This document shows, piece after piece, positions 37,904 to 47,442 of a stretch of DNA of 64,000 bases. The stretch covers positions 31,429 through 95,428 of the forward strand of contig JAZJZQ010000084.1 of the NCBI GenBank assembly GCA_040389625.1, in the 5' to 3' direction. The stretch comes from Pseudomonadota bacterium (GTDB taxonomy: Bacteria; Pseudomonadota; Gammaproteobacteria; Burkholderiales; Burkholderiaceae_D). Numbering within the stretch: position 1 is the stretch's first letter; each line of letters begins with the position of its first letter. Made by a program: the position numbers and the translations under genes. The notes under the pieces are model-generated. The model made no database searches. It had not been told where the DNA came from and worked only from the letters and a program-made list of their open reading frames with translations.

Positions 37904-38923
37904 ATGGCTAAGTATCGCAAGCAAGACGCACGCGCCTGGGCGCGTCAATACCTGGTGGGCTGCAGCGGCGTCACCATTCCCAGCTACAGCGCGGACCTCA
38001 AGCGGCTCAATGAACAGGGCATACGCCACGACATCGGCCTGGCCATGGAATACGGCTACAGCTATACCTTGCTGTGCTCGGAAGTGGCAATCACGCCGGA
38101 AGAAAACGCCCAGTTCACGGCCTGGGCCAGGGACACGGCGGGCGACCGCATGGGCCTGTTCTTCCATGCCGCCTTCGGCACGCTGCAGGAAAATATCGAG
38201 GCGGTCAAGCTGGCGGAGCAGGCCGGCGCCGACATCGTGCTGCTGTCCTATCCGCCCCAGTTCTGGCCCACCTCCTTGCAGGAAATCTACGACTACACCA
38301 AGGCCTTCTGCGACGCCACCGCGCTGGCGGTGATGCTGTTCCCGATCCCGCTGTGGGGTTTCGAGCGGGTGCATCCGGCCGGCATGCCGCCCGAGTTCGT
38401 GCGCCGGCTGCTGGACGATATCCCCAATATCGTGGCGATCAAATCGGAGCAGGGCTTCCCGCTCGTGTCGGGCCTGTGCGAGATGTGGCACCACTTCCGC
38501 GACGAAGTCGTCATCAGCTGCCCGATCGAGGGCGATGCCATTCCGATGATGAGCCTGATGAACCTGCAGTTCTCCGGCACCAGCAATACGCAGTGGATGG
38601 GCGCTTACTATCCCAAGGCCTTCGAACTGGCGCGCAGCGGCCACTGGGAGCAAGCCATGCAGCTGTTCTGGCAGATGGCGCCGGCCCGCAACGCGAACGG
38701 CGCGGCGGCCCAGAGTTATGCGGGCGGCACAGGGGTGCTCAATCGCAGCATGTGGAAATACCAGGACTGGCTGGCCGGCTTCAACGGCGGCCCGCTGCGG
38801 GCACCGGCCATGCGGGTGCCGGACCGCCTGATGAAGATGCTGCGCCAGGGACTGGCCGCTTCAGGCGTCACCCCGACCGCCGATCCGGACAGCCAGTTCA
38901 TCATTGGCCGCCATCCATCCTGA
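37904..38923 (+). CDS. DapA/NAL-family class I aldolase (hydratase-aldolase-like)
   Basis: GADIVLLSYP, IYDYTKAFCDAT and Schiff-base Lys in PNIVAIKSE; GGAGG RBS. Confidence 0.8.
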   Translation: MAKYRKQDARAWARQYLVGCSGVTIPSYSADLKRLNEQGIRHDIGLAMEYGYSYTLLCSEVAITPEENAQFTAWARDTAGDRMGLFFHAAFGTLQENIEAVKLAEQAGADIVLLSYPPQFWPTSLQEIYDYTKAFCDATALAVMLFPIPLWGFERVHPAGMPPEFVRRLLDDIPNIVAIKSEQGFPLVSGLCEMWHHFRDEVVISCPIEGDAIPMMSLMNLQFSGTSNTQWMGAYYPKAFELARSGHWEQAMQLFWQMAPARNANGAAAQSYAGGTGVLNRSMWKYQDWLAGFNGGPLRAPAMRVPDRLMKMLRQGLAASGVTPTADPDSQFIIGRHPS

Positions 38924-38944
38924 CACCATTAGCGAGGAAGCACC

Positions 38945-40396
38945 ATGCGATATCCTGAAGTTGACGCGGTCCCCAACGGTTTGTACATCAACGGCGCCTG
39001 GCGCCAGGCCAGCGGCGGCGAAACTTTCGACGTCACCGATCCGGCCACCGAAGAGGTGCTCGCCAGCGTGGCCAGCGCCACCGTCGACGACGCGCTCGAT
39101 GCGGTGGCCGCGGCGCATGCCGCCGGCGAGCGCTGGCGCGCCACGGCGCCACGCCTGCGCGGCGAAGTGCTGCGCAAGGCCTACGAGCTGCTGACCGGGC
39201 GCAGCGAGCAATTGGCGCGCCTGATCGTGCTCGAAAGCGGCAAGGCGCTGGCCGAGGCGCGCGGCGAAGTGCAATACGCCGCCGAGTTCCTGCGCTGGTA
39301 CGCGGAAGAGGCGGTGCGCATCGGCGGTGAAATCTGCACCGCGCCAGGCGGCGCCAACCGCATCGTGGTGCTGCGCCAGCCGATCGGGGTGGCGGTCCTG
39401 GTCACGCCATGGAATTTTCCGGCCGCCATGGCCACCCGCAAGATCGGCCCGGCGTTGGCCGCCGGCTGCACGGTGGTGTTGAAGCCCGCCTCCGAAACGC
39501 CGCTCACCGCGCTGGCCTTGGCCGCCCTGTTCGAGCAGGCCGGCGTGCCGCCCGGCGTGCTCAACGTGGTGCCGTCGCGCCAGTCGGGCCAGATCGTGAA
39601 GGCGATGCTGGGCGACCCCAGGGTCCGCAAGCTGTCGTTCACCGGCTCGACAGAGGTTGGCCGCACCCTGCTGGCGCAGGCGGCGGACAAGGTGGTCAAG
39701 TGCTCGATGGAGTTGGGCGGTAACGCGCCCTTCATCGTGCTGGCCGATGCCGACCTCGATCTGGCGGTCGCGTCGGCCATGGTGGCCAAGCTGCGCAACG
39801 GCGGCGAATCGTGTACCGCGGCCAACCGCTTCTATGTGGCGCGGCCGGTGGCGGAGGAATTCTGCCGGCGCTTCGCCGCGGCGATGGCCGCCGTCAAACT
39901 CGGTTCGGGGCTGGACGAGAGCGTGCAGCTGGGCCCCCTGGTCAACCGCGCCACGCTCGACAAGGTGGCGCGGCTGGTCGGCGAGGCGGTCGAACAGGGC
40001 GCGACGGTGCTGACCGGCGGCCGGGCGCGCGAAGGGCAGGGCTACTATTACGAGCCGACCCTGCTGGCCGGCGTGCGCCCCGACGCCGCCATCCTGCGCC
40101 AGGAAATCTTCGGACCGGTGGCGCCGGTCTGCGTATTCGACACGGTGGAGGAGGCGATCGCGCTGGCCAACGATACCGAGTTCGGGCTGGTGGCCTTCGT
40201 GCATACACGCGACCTGGCGCAGGCACTGGCGGTGTCCGAACGCATCGAGGCCGGCATGGTCGGCATCAACCGGGGCGTGGTGTCCGATCCGGCGGCGCCG
40301 TTCGGCGGCTGGAAGCAAAGCGGGGTTGGACGCGAAGGCGGACATGACGGCTTGCTCGAATACCTGGAATCCAAGTATATTTGCGTATCCTGGTAG
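38945..40396 (+). CDS. NAD(P)-dependent aldehyde dehydrogenase, succinate-semialdehyde dehydrogenase-like
   Basis: TPWNFP, SFTGSTEVG, MELGGNAP, GESCTAAN, EIFGP and PFGGWKQSG motifs. Confidence 0.92.
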   Translation: MRYPEVDAVPNGLYINGAWRQASGGETFDVTDPATEEVLASVASATVDDALDAVAAAHAAGERWRATAPRLRGEVLRKAYELLTGRSEQLARLIVLESGKALAEARGEVQYAAEFLRWYAEEAVRIGGEICTAPGGANRIVVLRQPIGVAVLVTPWNFPAAMATRKIGPALAAGCTVVLKPASETPLTALALAALFEQAGVPPGVLNVVPSRQSGQIVKAMLGDPRVRKLSFTGSTEVGRTLLAQAADKVVKCSMELGGNAPFIVLADADLDLAVASAMVAKLRNGGESCTAANRFYVARPVAEEFCRRFAAAMAAVKLGSGLDESVQLGPLVNRATLDKVARLVGEAVEQGATVLTGGRAREGQGYYYEPTLLAGVRPDAAILRQEIFGPVAPVCVFDTVEEAIALANDTEFGLVAFVHTRDLAQALAVSERIEAGMVGINRGVVSDPAAPFGGWKQSGVGREGGHDGLLEYLESKYICVSW

Positions 40397-40408
40397 AACC
40401 CGCCCCCT

Positions 40409-41302
40409 ATGCTGCCGATACTCGATCCGCGCTGGCACCTGTTTGCAGCCGTCGCCCAGCTGGGCAGCCTGACGCGCGCCGCCGACGCGCTCAACTCGCC
40501 GCAATCGGTGATCAGCCGCCAGATCGCGCAGCTGGAAACCCAATGCGGCGGCAAACTGTTCCGGCGCACCGGGCGCGGCGTGGTGCTGACCGAATTCGGC
40601 CAGATCGTCCACGCCCGTATCGTGCCCATGATCGCTGAAGCCGACCAGCTGGCCGACGAGATCCTGACCACCAACGGCATACCCATCGGCGAGGTCCACG
40701 TGGGGCTGTTGCCGTCGTCGGTGCCCCAATTCGCCGGCCGGCTGTTTCGCGCGGCGCGCGAGCAGCTGCCGCGCGTCCGCCTGCATCTGGCCGAAGGTGC
40801 CAGCGCCCAGCTGGAAGAGTGGCTCGATGCCGGACGCCTGGACCTGGCGCTGCTGCTGCGCGAAGGGCAGGAGGCCGGTCCCGGCGTCACCTGCCTGCGC
40901 AGCATGGCGCTCGACCTGATCGGCCCGGCCGGCGACCCCGCGCTGGCCGGCGATCACATCGCGTTCGCCGCGCTCGCCTGCCTGCCGCTGATCGTGCCGG
41001 CCGAGCCGCACGTGCTGCGCAAGCGGCTCGACGCGCTGGCCCGCGAGCGCGGCCTGCGCCTGACGGTCGCGATGGAGGCCGACACCATCGAACTGCAGAA
41101 GGAACTTGCGATTGCGGGGGCGGGCTACGCCATCGTCGCCTCGGTGGCCGGCACCGTGGCCGGCAACGCCCGGCTGGCCGCCGCCCGCATCGTCCAGCCG
41201 GAGCTGATGCGCAGCATCGTGCTGGGCACCACCCGGCACCGGCCCCATACATTGGCCACGCGGGCCGTCTCGCGCCTGATCGCCTCCCTGTTTGCCGCCT
41301 GA
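40409..41302 (+). CDS. LysR-family regulator (Nac-like)
   Basis: GSLTRAA...QSVISRQIAQLE...LFRRTGRGVVLTEFG HTH. Confidence 0.92.
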   Translation: MLPILDPRWHLFAAVAQLGSLTRAADALNSPQSVISRQIAQLETQCGGKLFRRTGRGVVLTEFGQIVHARIVPMIAEADQLADEILTTNGIPIGEVHVGLLPSSVPQFAGRLFRAAREQLPRVRLHLAEGASAQLEEWLDAGRLDLALLLREGQEAGPGVTCLRSMALDLIGPAGDPALAGDHIAFAALACLPLIVPAEPHVLRKRLDALARERGLRLTVAMEADTIELQKELAIAGAGYAIVASVAGTVAGNARLAAARIVQPELMRSIVLGTTRHRPHTLATRAVSRLIASLFAA

Positions 41303-41424
41303 ACGCGGCGCCGCCGCCGTTATCCGGATTTGCCAAAGCTGCTATGCCGGCGCCGCGCTTCCCCGCCATGGCGCCGCCCGCTAAGGTATGCCTGTCATTC
41401 ATTCAATCGATAGGAGTCCTGCCC

Positions 41425-42411
41425 ATGTCCACCTTGTTCTTAACCGACGGCGACGTCAGTGCGTTGCACGATTGGAAAGCCGCGATCGCGGCGCTGCGTG
41501 CCGCCTATGCGGCGCCGATCGAGGCGCGGATGGTGCCGCCCCGTTCCATGGCGCGCGGCGACGGCATCTGGCTGCGCGGCCTGAGCGCGGTGTCGCCCAC
41601 CGGCGGCCATCTGGGCAGCAAGCAGATCGCCGCCTCGCCCCGCGCCGGCTGCGCCAGCTACCTGGTGTCGCTGTTCGACGCCCGGACGATGGAGCTGGCG
41701 GCGCTGATCGACGGCAACCAGATCACCGCCATCCGCACTGCGGCGACGGCGGCGCTGGCGGTCGATGCGCTGGCGCCGCGATGCCCGCTGCGGGTGGCGA
41801 TGATCGGTTCCGGTTTCGAGGCGCGCGCGCAGCTGCAGGCGCTGCACGCGGCGCGCGAGATCCGCTCGGTGGCCGTCTTCAGCCCGACGCCGGCCAGCCG
41901 CCAGCGCTTCGCCGACGATTGCCAGGCGATGCTGGGGCTGGAGGTGCACGCGGCCGGCACGCCGCGCCAGGCGCTGGAAGGCGCCGACGTGGTGATCTGC
42001 GCCGCACGCTCGCGCGACGAATCGCCGGTCTTGCTCGGAGCCTGGCTGGCGCCGGGCATGACGGTGGTGTCGATTGGATCGACGCTGCCGGAACAGCGCG
42101 AGGTCGACGTGGAAGTGATACGGCGCGCCGCGCTGATCGTGGCGGATATGGTGGAGGAGGTGAGCCATGATACCGGCGACCTGATCGCCGCTACCCGCGA
42201 CGGCGTTCAGTTCAGCCACAAGCTGCATGCGCTGGCCGATCTGATCGGGCAGCGCGTGCCGGGACGGTGCGCGGCGGACGACATCGTACTCTACAAATCG
42301 GTAGGGTCGGCCCTGCAGGATGTGGCGACGGCGGAAATGCTGCTGCAGCGTGCGCGCAGCCTGGGATTGGGCACGGAGCTGCCGGTCAGCATCGCGCCGG
42401 TGCAGAAGTGA
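41425..42411 (+). CDS. Ornithine cyclodeaminase/mu-crystallin family (imine reductase-like)
   Basis: ITAIRTAA, IGSGFEA, VSIGS and YKSVGSALQD motifs; AGGAG RBS. Confidence 0.9.
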   Translation: MSTLFLTDGDVSALHDWKAAIAALRAAYAAPIEARMVPPRSMARGDGIWLRGLSAVSPTGGHLGSKQIAASPRAGCASYLVSLFDARTMELAALIDGNQITAIRTAATAALAVDALAPRCPLRVAMIGSGFEARAQLQALHAAREIRSVAVFSPTPASRQRFADDCQAMLGLEVHAAGTPRQALEGADVVICAARSRDESPVLLGAWLAPGMTVVSIGSTLPEQREVDVEVIRRAALIVADMVEEVSHDTGDLIAATRDGVQFSHKLHALADLIGQRVPGRCAADDIVLYKSVGSALQDVATAEMLLQRARSLGLGTELPVSIAPVQK

Positions 42412-42462
42412 AGGTTGGCCCGGATGCGCGGGCGCGCCGGGCCGCCGTTCGTGCCGCGCTCC

Positions 42463-43410
42463 TTAATGAGCGGGCTCGAGCGCCTGCCGGATCAGGCGGG
42501 CCGCGTCGCCATCATGGCGGAAGCCGGCAGCCAGGGCCGCGGCTGCGTGCAGCGCCGGATAGCGGCCGAACAGGGCTTCGATGCGCGGGTCCGGCTGGTG
42601 ACTGAGCAGCTGCCGGCAGTGGGCGCCATAGCGTTGCGCCAGCGCGGCCAGGATCTGTTCCATGCTCAGGTGAAGCACCGGCAGCTGCCAGCGGCGCGAC
42701 GCCGGCGCGTCCGCGGTGCTCAGCGCCGCCCCATGCAGCAGGTTGTCGACGCAGCAGGGCAGCGACATCCACCAGGCCGTCGCCTGCGCCGATACCGGGC
42801 AGACGTACGGTTCGCCGGCCGCCAGCCGGTGCAGGACGAGGCTCATGAAGGCCGAACCGTGCCCCGATTCGGTGGCCGGCCGGGCCACGATGCCGGGCAG
42901 GCGCAGGCTGACCGCGTCCAGCTCGCCGCGCCGGCTCAGATCGGCCAGTTCGATTTCCGCCATCAGCTTGTGGGCGCCGTAGCTGAGCGCCGGCCGGGCC
43001 GGCTGGTCGTCGTGCACCGCGTGCGCGCCGAGCGGACCGTAGACCGCGACCGAACTGGCAAACACGAAGCGGGGCGCGCGCCGCCGCTGGCGGCCCTGCG
43101 CGGCGAGCCGGTGCGCCAGCGTCAGCGTGGCCTGCAAATTGACCGAATAGCCCAGGGCATGGTCGCGCTCGGCCAGCGAACCGGGCACACTGGCCAGATG
43201 GAACACGGTGTCGGCCGGCAGCTGCAGCGCCTCATCCAGCAGGGCGGGGTCGCCGAATGAGCCTTGGAGCTGGCGCGCAGGCGCAGCGCAAGATGCGCTG
43301 TCGAACGACTGGTCGATCAGCGTCAACCGGTGCCGCCGGTCTTGCTGCAGGCGGCGTACCAGCGCGCGCCCGACAAAGCCGTTGGCGCCGGTGATGACGA
43401 TATGGCTCAT
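42463..43410 (-). CDS. fdeJ: NAD-dependent epimerase/dehydratase (FdeJ-like)
   Basis: TGANGFVG, FASSVAVYG, YGAHK and RLPGIVARP motifs; position in the fde-like cluster. Confidence 0.75.
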   Translation of the reverse strand: MSHIVITGANGFVGRALVRRLQQDRRHRLTLIDQSFDSASCAAPARQLQGSFGDPALLDEALQLPADTVFHLASVPGSLAERDHALGYSVNLQATLTLAHRLAAQGRQRRRAPRFVFASSVAVYGPLGAHAVHDDQPARPALSYGAHKLMAEIELADLSRRGELDAVSLRLPGIVARPATESGHGSAFMSLVLHRLAAGEPYVCPVSAQATAWWMSLPCCVDNLLHGAALSTADAPASRRWQLPVLHLSMEQILAALAQRYGAHCRQLLSHQPDPRIEALFGRYPALHAAAALAAGFRHDGDAARLIRQALEPAH

Positions 43411-44396
43411 GCCGGGCGCTCCGCCCGCACTACTGTCTGCTCGATGATGCCGAACGGGCCGTGGCCGGCGCCGGGCCAGAGCGCTTCCATGCGGACCTTG
43501 TCGCCGAAGCGCATGAAGTTGGTGCGGGCACCGCCCAGGTCGATCATCTCGATCACGCGCCGCTCCGCGATGCAGGCCGAACCGGCCGCGCGGCTGGCGT
43601 TGGACACGGTGCCGGTGCCGATGATGGTGCCCGGCGTCAGGCGCCGCGTGCGCGCCGCATGGGCGATCAGCTCGCCGAAGCCGAAGCCCATCTCGCCGCC
43701 ATGGGGCTGGCCGAAGCGCTCGCCGTTCCAGCTGACGTCCAGTTTCAAATGTACCCGGCCGTCGTGCCACGCCTCACCCAGTTCGTCGGGGGTGACGGCG
43801 ACCGGCGCGAAGCTGGTCGACGGCTTGGCCTGCAGGAAGCCGAAGCCGGTGCGCATCTCGCGCGGCCCCATGGCGCGCAGGCTCCAGTCGTTCAGCTGCA
43901 CCACCAGCCGCACCGACGCCAGCGCCGCGGCCGGCGTGCTGGCCATCGCCACCGTGTCGACGATGACGCCGAATTCGCCCTCGAAGTCGATGCCGTCCGC
44001 CTCGCTGGGCAGCGCCACGTCGTCGTGTGGGCCGAGGAAGTCGTCGCTGGCGCCCTGGTACATCAGGGGTATGGTCTCCAGGTCGGGAATGGGCGGGGTG
44101 TCGAAAGCTTGCGCCATCAGGTGCGCATGGTTCAGGAAGGCGGAACCGTCGCACCATTGCGGGCTGCGCGGCAGCGGCGCGCCGCAGCGGCGGGGATCGA
44201 AAGGCTGGCTGTCCAGTTTGCCGGTATTGAGCGCATCGTAGCGTTCGTGCAGCGCCGCTTCGACGTCGTTCCAGTGCTGCAGCGCGTACAACAGGGAAGG
44301 GGCGATGGCGCCGGCTTCGGCGCAGCGGGTCAGGTCGCGCGAGACGATCAGCAGGCGCCCGTCCAGGGTATGGTCTTGCAGGGTAGCGAATTTCAT
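43407..44396 (-). CDS. fdeI: Fumarylacetoacetate hydrolase family (FdeI-like)
   Basis: MYQGASD, IDFEGE, NDWSLR, QAKP and GTGTVSN motifs. Confidence 0.8.
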   Translation of the reverse strand: MKFATLQDHTLDGRLLIVSRDLTRCAEAGAIAPSLLYALQHWNDVEAALHERYDALNTGKLDSQPFDPRRCGAPLPRSPQWCDGSAFLNHAHLMAQAFDTPPIPDLETIPLMYQGASDDFLGPHDDVALPSEADGIDFEGEFGVIVDTVAMASTPAAALASVRLVVQLNDWSLRAMGPREMRTGFGFLQAKPSTSFAPVAVTPDELGEAWHDGRVHLKLDVSWNGERFGQPHGGEMGFGFGELIAHAARTRRLTPGTIIGTGTVSNASRAAGSACIAERRVIEMIDLGGARTNFMRFGDKVRMEALWPGAGHGPFGIIEQTVVRAERPA

Positions 44397-44423
44397 CGGT
44401 GGTTTTCCGTCTGTAGGTTGAGC

Positions 44424-45002
44424 TCAGCGTTGCGCCAGCGCGGCGGCGATGGCCGGGTCGTAGGTGGCGTCGATCAGCGCGAACAGGACGCGGCAAGGAC
44501 GCTGCGAGCGGTTGGCCCAGGCATGGTTGGTACCGCGCTGTATCACCACGCTGCCGGGCCGCAGCTGCACTTCGGAGTCGTCCAGCACCAGCGTCAGTTC
44601 GCCGTCGATCACGATGCCGTAGTCGACCGATTCGGTGCGGTGCATCAGCGGGTGCGGCGAATGGGCGCGCACCGTCGATGCGGCGGCGTCGCCGACCTCG
44701 TTGAAGGCTTGCTGCATGCGGGCCGCGCCATGGGCCAGGAACTCGGCGGTATCGGGAGGAATGTCGACGAAGCGCAGCCGCGTGCCCAGTTTCGGTGGCG
44801 GCAGCGTGAGCGCACCGATGGTGGGGTCGGGCCCGTTGTCGGCTGGCGCCGGCGTGGCGGCGGTGCTCCACACTTCGTGGAACACGGTGCCGGGAATGGC
44901 CGCCAGTTCGACCACGGTAGGCAGCGCGCCGTCGCTGCTGACGATGGCCTTGCCGGCCGCGTCATGGCCGGTGACGACCCGGTGTATGGGGGGAAAGGTC
45001 AT
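44424..45002 (-). CDS. fdeH: Cupin domain protein (FdeH-like)
   Basis: RVVTGHDAAGKA, MHRTESVDYGIV and QRGTNHAWANRS motifs. Confidence 0.8.
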   Translation of the reverse strand: MTFPPIHRVVTGHDAAGKAIVSSDGALPTVVELAAIPGTVFHEVWSTAATPAPADNGPDPTIGALTLPPPKLGTRLRFVDIPPDTAEFLAHGAARMQQAFNEVGDAAASTVRAHSPHPLMHRTESVDYGIVIDGELTLVLDDSEVQLRPGSVVIQRGTNHAWANRSQRPCRVLFALIDATYDPAIAAALAQR

Positions 45003-45021
45003 AGCGAAACTCCAGTTTCTA

Positions 45022-46182
45022 TCATGAGGACAGTACGGTGGCGCGGCGGCGGCCGGCCTGCGCGAAGCAGTAGACCGCGGCAATGGCCAGCACCACGGCG
45101 GCAGTTCCCAGCATGCCGTAGCCGGCATGCTGGACGAGGGTGCCGCCCAGCACCGGACCGATAGCGGCGCCCACCATCAGCATGGCCGGCGTTGCCGACA
45201 GCGCGCGGCCGCCGGGGTCGAGCTGCGCCACCAGGCCGAAGGCGAAGGTGTGGGTGAAGATCATCACGGCCGCGAACAGGGCGCCGGCGATGGCATAGGG
45301 GGCGTAGCCCGTGCTGGCGGCGATGGTCAGCGCCAGCGCGGCCTGCGCCACCGGCCCGCCCAGCACGACCAGGTGCGCCGGCCAGCGCCGTTGCAGCAGG
45401 GCCGCCAGCGGCGCCGGGATCAGGTTGACGAAGCCCAGCGCGATCAGCACGGTGGTGACGGCGCCGGGCGCGAAGCCGCGGTCGGCGCCGATCCGCTCGA
45501 GGAAGCTGAACATCATCGCCTGCACCAGTCCCATGCAGCTGATGCCCAGCGCGGCGAACCAGACCGCGACGCTGACGCTCCCGGTGCCGCCGGCGTGGCG
45601 GGCCCGGGCCGCGGCGGTGGGGCCGGCCGGGAAGGCGACGGCGGTGACCACGGCGGCCACCATCATCACGGCGGCGAATACCCGGAACAGCACCGGGCCG
45701 CCGGCGGCCGCCACCAGGCCCGGTGTCAGGCCGAGGAAGGCGATGGCGAACATGCCCAGTGCCAGGCCGGCCAGCGCGAACATGCGGTGCGGATTGCCGC
45801 TGCGACCCATGGTGCCGTGGGTCACGCTCAGGGCGCTGCCCGCCGCCGCGCCGGCCAGCAGGTGCAGCAGCGCCATCAGCGTGAAGTCGGTGCTATCGGC
45901 GACGCCGAAGAAGGCGAAGGCCGCCAGCGCGAAGCCGCATGGCGCCACCACGTCGGCGCGCAGCCGGTGAAACAGCGGCGCGCATACCAGGCTGCAGCCG
46001 ACCGCGCCCAGCAGGAACAGCGTGGCCAGCGCCCCGGCGCGCTGCGGATCAAAGCCATAGCGGGTGATCAGCGTGCCGACCCACACCGGCAGCGCCACCA
46101 GGTCCACCATGCCAGCGCAGTGCGCCACCATCAGCGCGATACGGCCGGGCCAGCGCAGGTCGAACTCGTCGTGATTGTCCAT
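45022..46182 (-). CDS. fdeG: MFS transporter (FdeG-like)
   Basis: About 12 hydrophobic helices; AHCAGMVDLVALPVWVG N-terminus; GAGGA RBS. Confidence 0.75.
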   Translation of the reverse strand: MDNHDEFDLRWPGRIALMVAHCAGMVDLVALPVWVGTLITRYGFDPQRAGALATLFLLGAVGCSLVCAPLFHRLRADVVAPCGFALAAFAFFGVADSTDFTLMALLHLLAGAAAGSALSVTHGTMGRSGNPHRMFALAGLALGMFAIAFLGLTPGLVAAAGGPVLFRVFAAVMMVAAVVTAVAFPAGPTAAARARHAGGTGSVSVAVWFAALGISCMGLVQAMMFSFLERIGADRGFAPGAVTTVLIALGFVNLIPAPLAALLQRRWPAHLVVLGGPVAQAALALTIAASTGYAPYAIAGALFAAVMIFTHTFAFGLVAQLDPGGRALSATPAMLMVGAAIGPVLGGTLVQHAGYGMLGTAAVVLAIAAVYCFAQAGRRRATVLSS

Positions 46183-46196
46183 GGAGGTCCTCACGC

Positions 46197-47327
46197 TCAG
46201 ATCGGCGCGGCCAGCGCCATGTGGGTGTCGCGCATGATCTGCGCATGTTCGGCCTTGTCGCCGCCGGTGATCTCGATCTCGCCCAGCCGGCCCGAGTTTT
46301 CCACCACCATGCGGCAGCGTTCCCAGCGCCGGCTTTCGAACTGCCTGAGCGCCTGTTCGACACTGGCCGCACTGCCCAGCTCCTCGGCCAACACGATGGC
46401 GTCCTCGATGCCGATGCAGGCGCCGGACGCCATGTGCGGCGTGGTGGCGTGCACGGTGTCGCCGATCAGCACCACGCGGCCTTGATGCCATGGCTGGCGC
46501 ACCAGCAGCTGCTCGAGCGGACGGTAGACGATTTGCGAGTCCTCGGTGAGCGCGGCGCGGCATTTCTGCATCAACGGCGCGGAGAAAGGGGCCAGCAGTT
46601 CCGACAGCATGGGCGCGAACTGCTTGGGGTCGATCTGCACGTTGTCGACGCGGTCCTCGGTAACGAACAGATACATCTGGTCGCGCGAGACCGGGTTGAC
46701 GCCGGTCTTGATCTTGGGGCCGACCCACATCATGGCCCGTTCCACTTCGGCCGGGCGCGGCAGCACGGCGCGCCACACGCACTGGCCGGTGTATTGCGGC
46801 TGCGGCGCCTGCGGCAGCACCGCCTCGCGCACCTTGGAGTACAGGCCGTCGGCGCCGATCACCAGGTCGTAGTTGCGCGTCTCGCCGTCGGTGAAGGTGA
46901 CTTCGACGCCGCCGGCGTGCTGGCGCAACGCGGTGAAGGTGCAGCCCAGGCGCACCTTGGCGCCGCTGGCGATGGTGGCGTCGGCCAGGATATTGGCCAG
47001 CACCGGGCGCATGATGGCGCCGCCGCCCGGGATCTCGGGACCGGCCAGGCGCGGCGTCGGCAGGGAAGCGATATGCTGTCCGTGCGGCAGGAACAGGTCG
47101 ACGCCGTCGGCCGCCGCGCCTTGCGCCATGAATTGCTCGAGGATGCCCAGCGTCTTGAAGGCGCGCAGGGTGGCGCCGCCCAGGCTGATGCCGGCGCCAT
47201 AGGAACGCCAGCCCGGATCGATTTCGGCCACTTCCACGGCCAGGCCTTGCTTGCGCAGCTCGATGGCCGCGGACATGCCGGAAAAGCCGCCGCCGATGAT
47301 CAGGATGTTTTGTGCTGGGGATGTCAT
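46197..47327 (-). CDS. fdeE: FAD-dependent monooxygenase (FdeE-like flavonoid hydroxylase)
   Basis: GGGFSG, GADGLYS and LIGDTVHATTPHMASGACIGIEDA motifs; cluster context. Confidence 0.8.
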   Translation of the reverse strand: MTSPAQNILIIGGGFSGMSAAIELRKQGLAVEVAEIDPGWRSYGAGISLGGATLRAFKTLGILEQFMAQGAAADGVDLFLPHGQHIASLPTPRLAGPEIPGGGAIMRPVLANILADATIASGAKVRLGCTFTALRQHAGGVEVTFTDGETRNYDLVIGADGLYSKVREAVLPQAPQPQYTGQCVWRAVLPRPAEVERAMMWVGPKIKTGVNPVSRDQMYLFVTEDRVDNVQIDPKQFAPMLSELLAPFSAPLMQKCRAALTEDSQIVYRPLEQLLVRQPWHQGRVVLIGDTVHATTPHMASGACIGIEDAIVLAEELGSAASVEQALRQFESRRWERCRMVVENSGRLGEIEITGGDKAEHAQIMRDTHMALAAPI

Positions 47328-47394
47328 GTGAGTCTCCGTTGGTTCAATGGTGTCGTTGTATGCTGCTTTCGGCCTAGTGTGCGGATTCAGGCCT

Positions 47395-47442
47395 TATTTG
47401 TAAAATTGATTAAATGCATGGCTTATATCGGCGCCATCGATG
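47395..47442 (-). promoter_or_regulatory. nod-box-like operator upstream of the monooxygenase
   Basis: Minus strand C-ATC-GATGGCGCC-GAT-ATAAGCC-ATG-CATTTAATC-AAT-TTTACAAATA; near-duplicate of 58149-58196. Confidence 0.8.

Noticed and set aside
40819-41424. N-terminal extensions on the OCD ORF, and likewise on 4473, 26440, 30058, 35750, 43770, 46782 and 55402
   Set aside because: They are off-frame overlaps with upstream genes; RBS-supported or translationally coupled internal starts fit the family lengths
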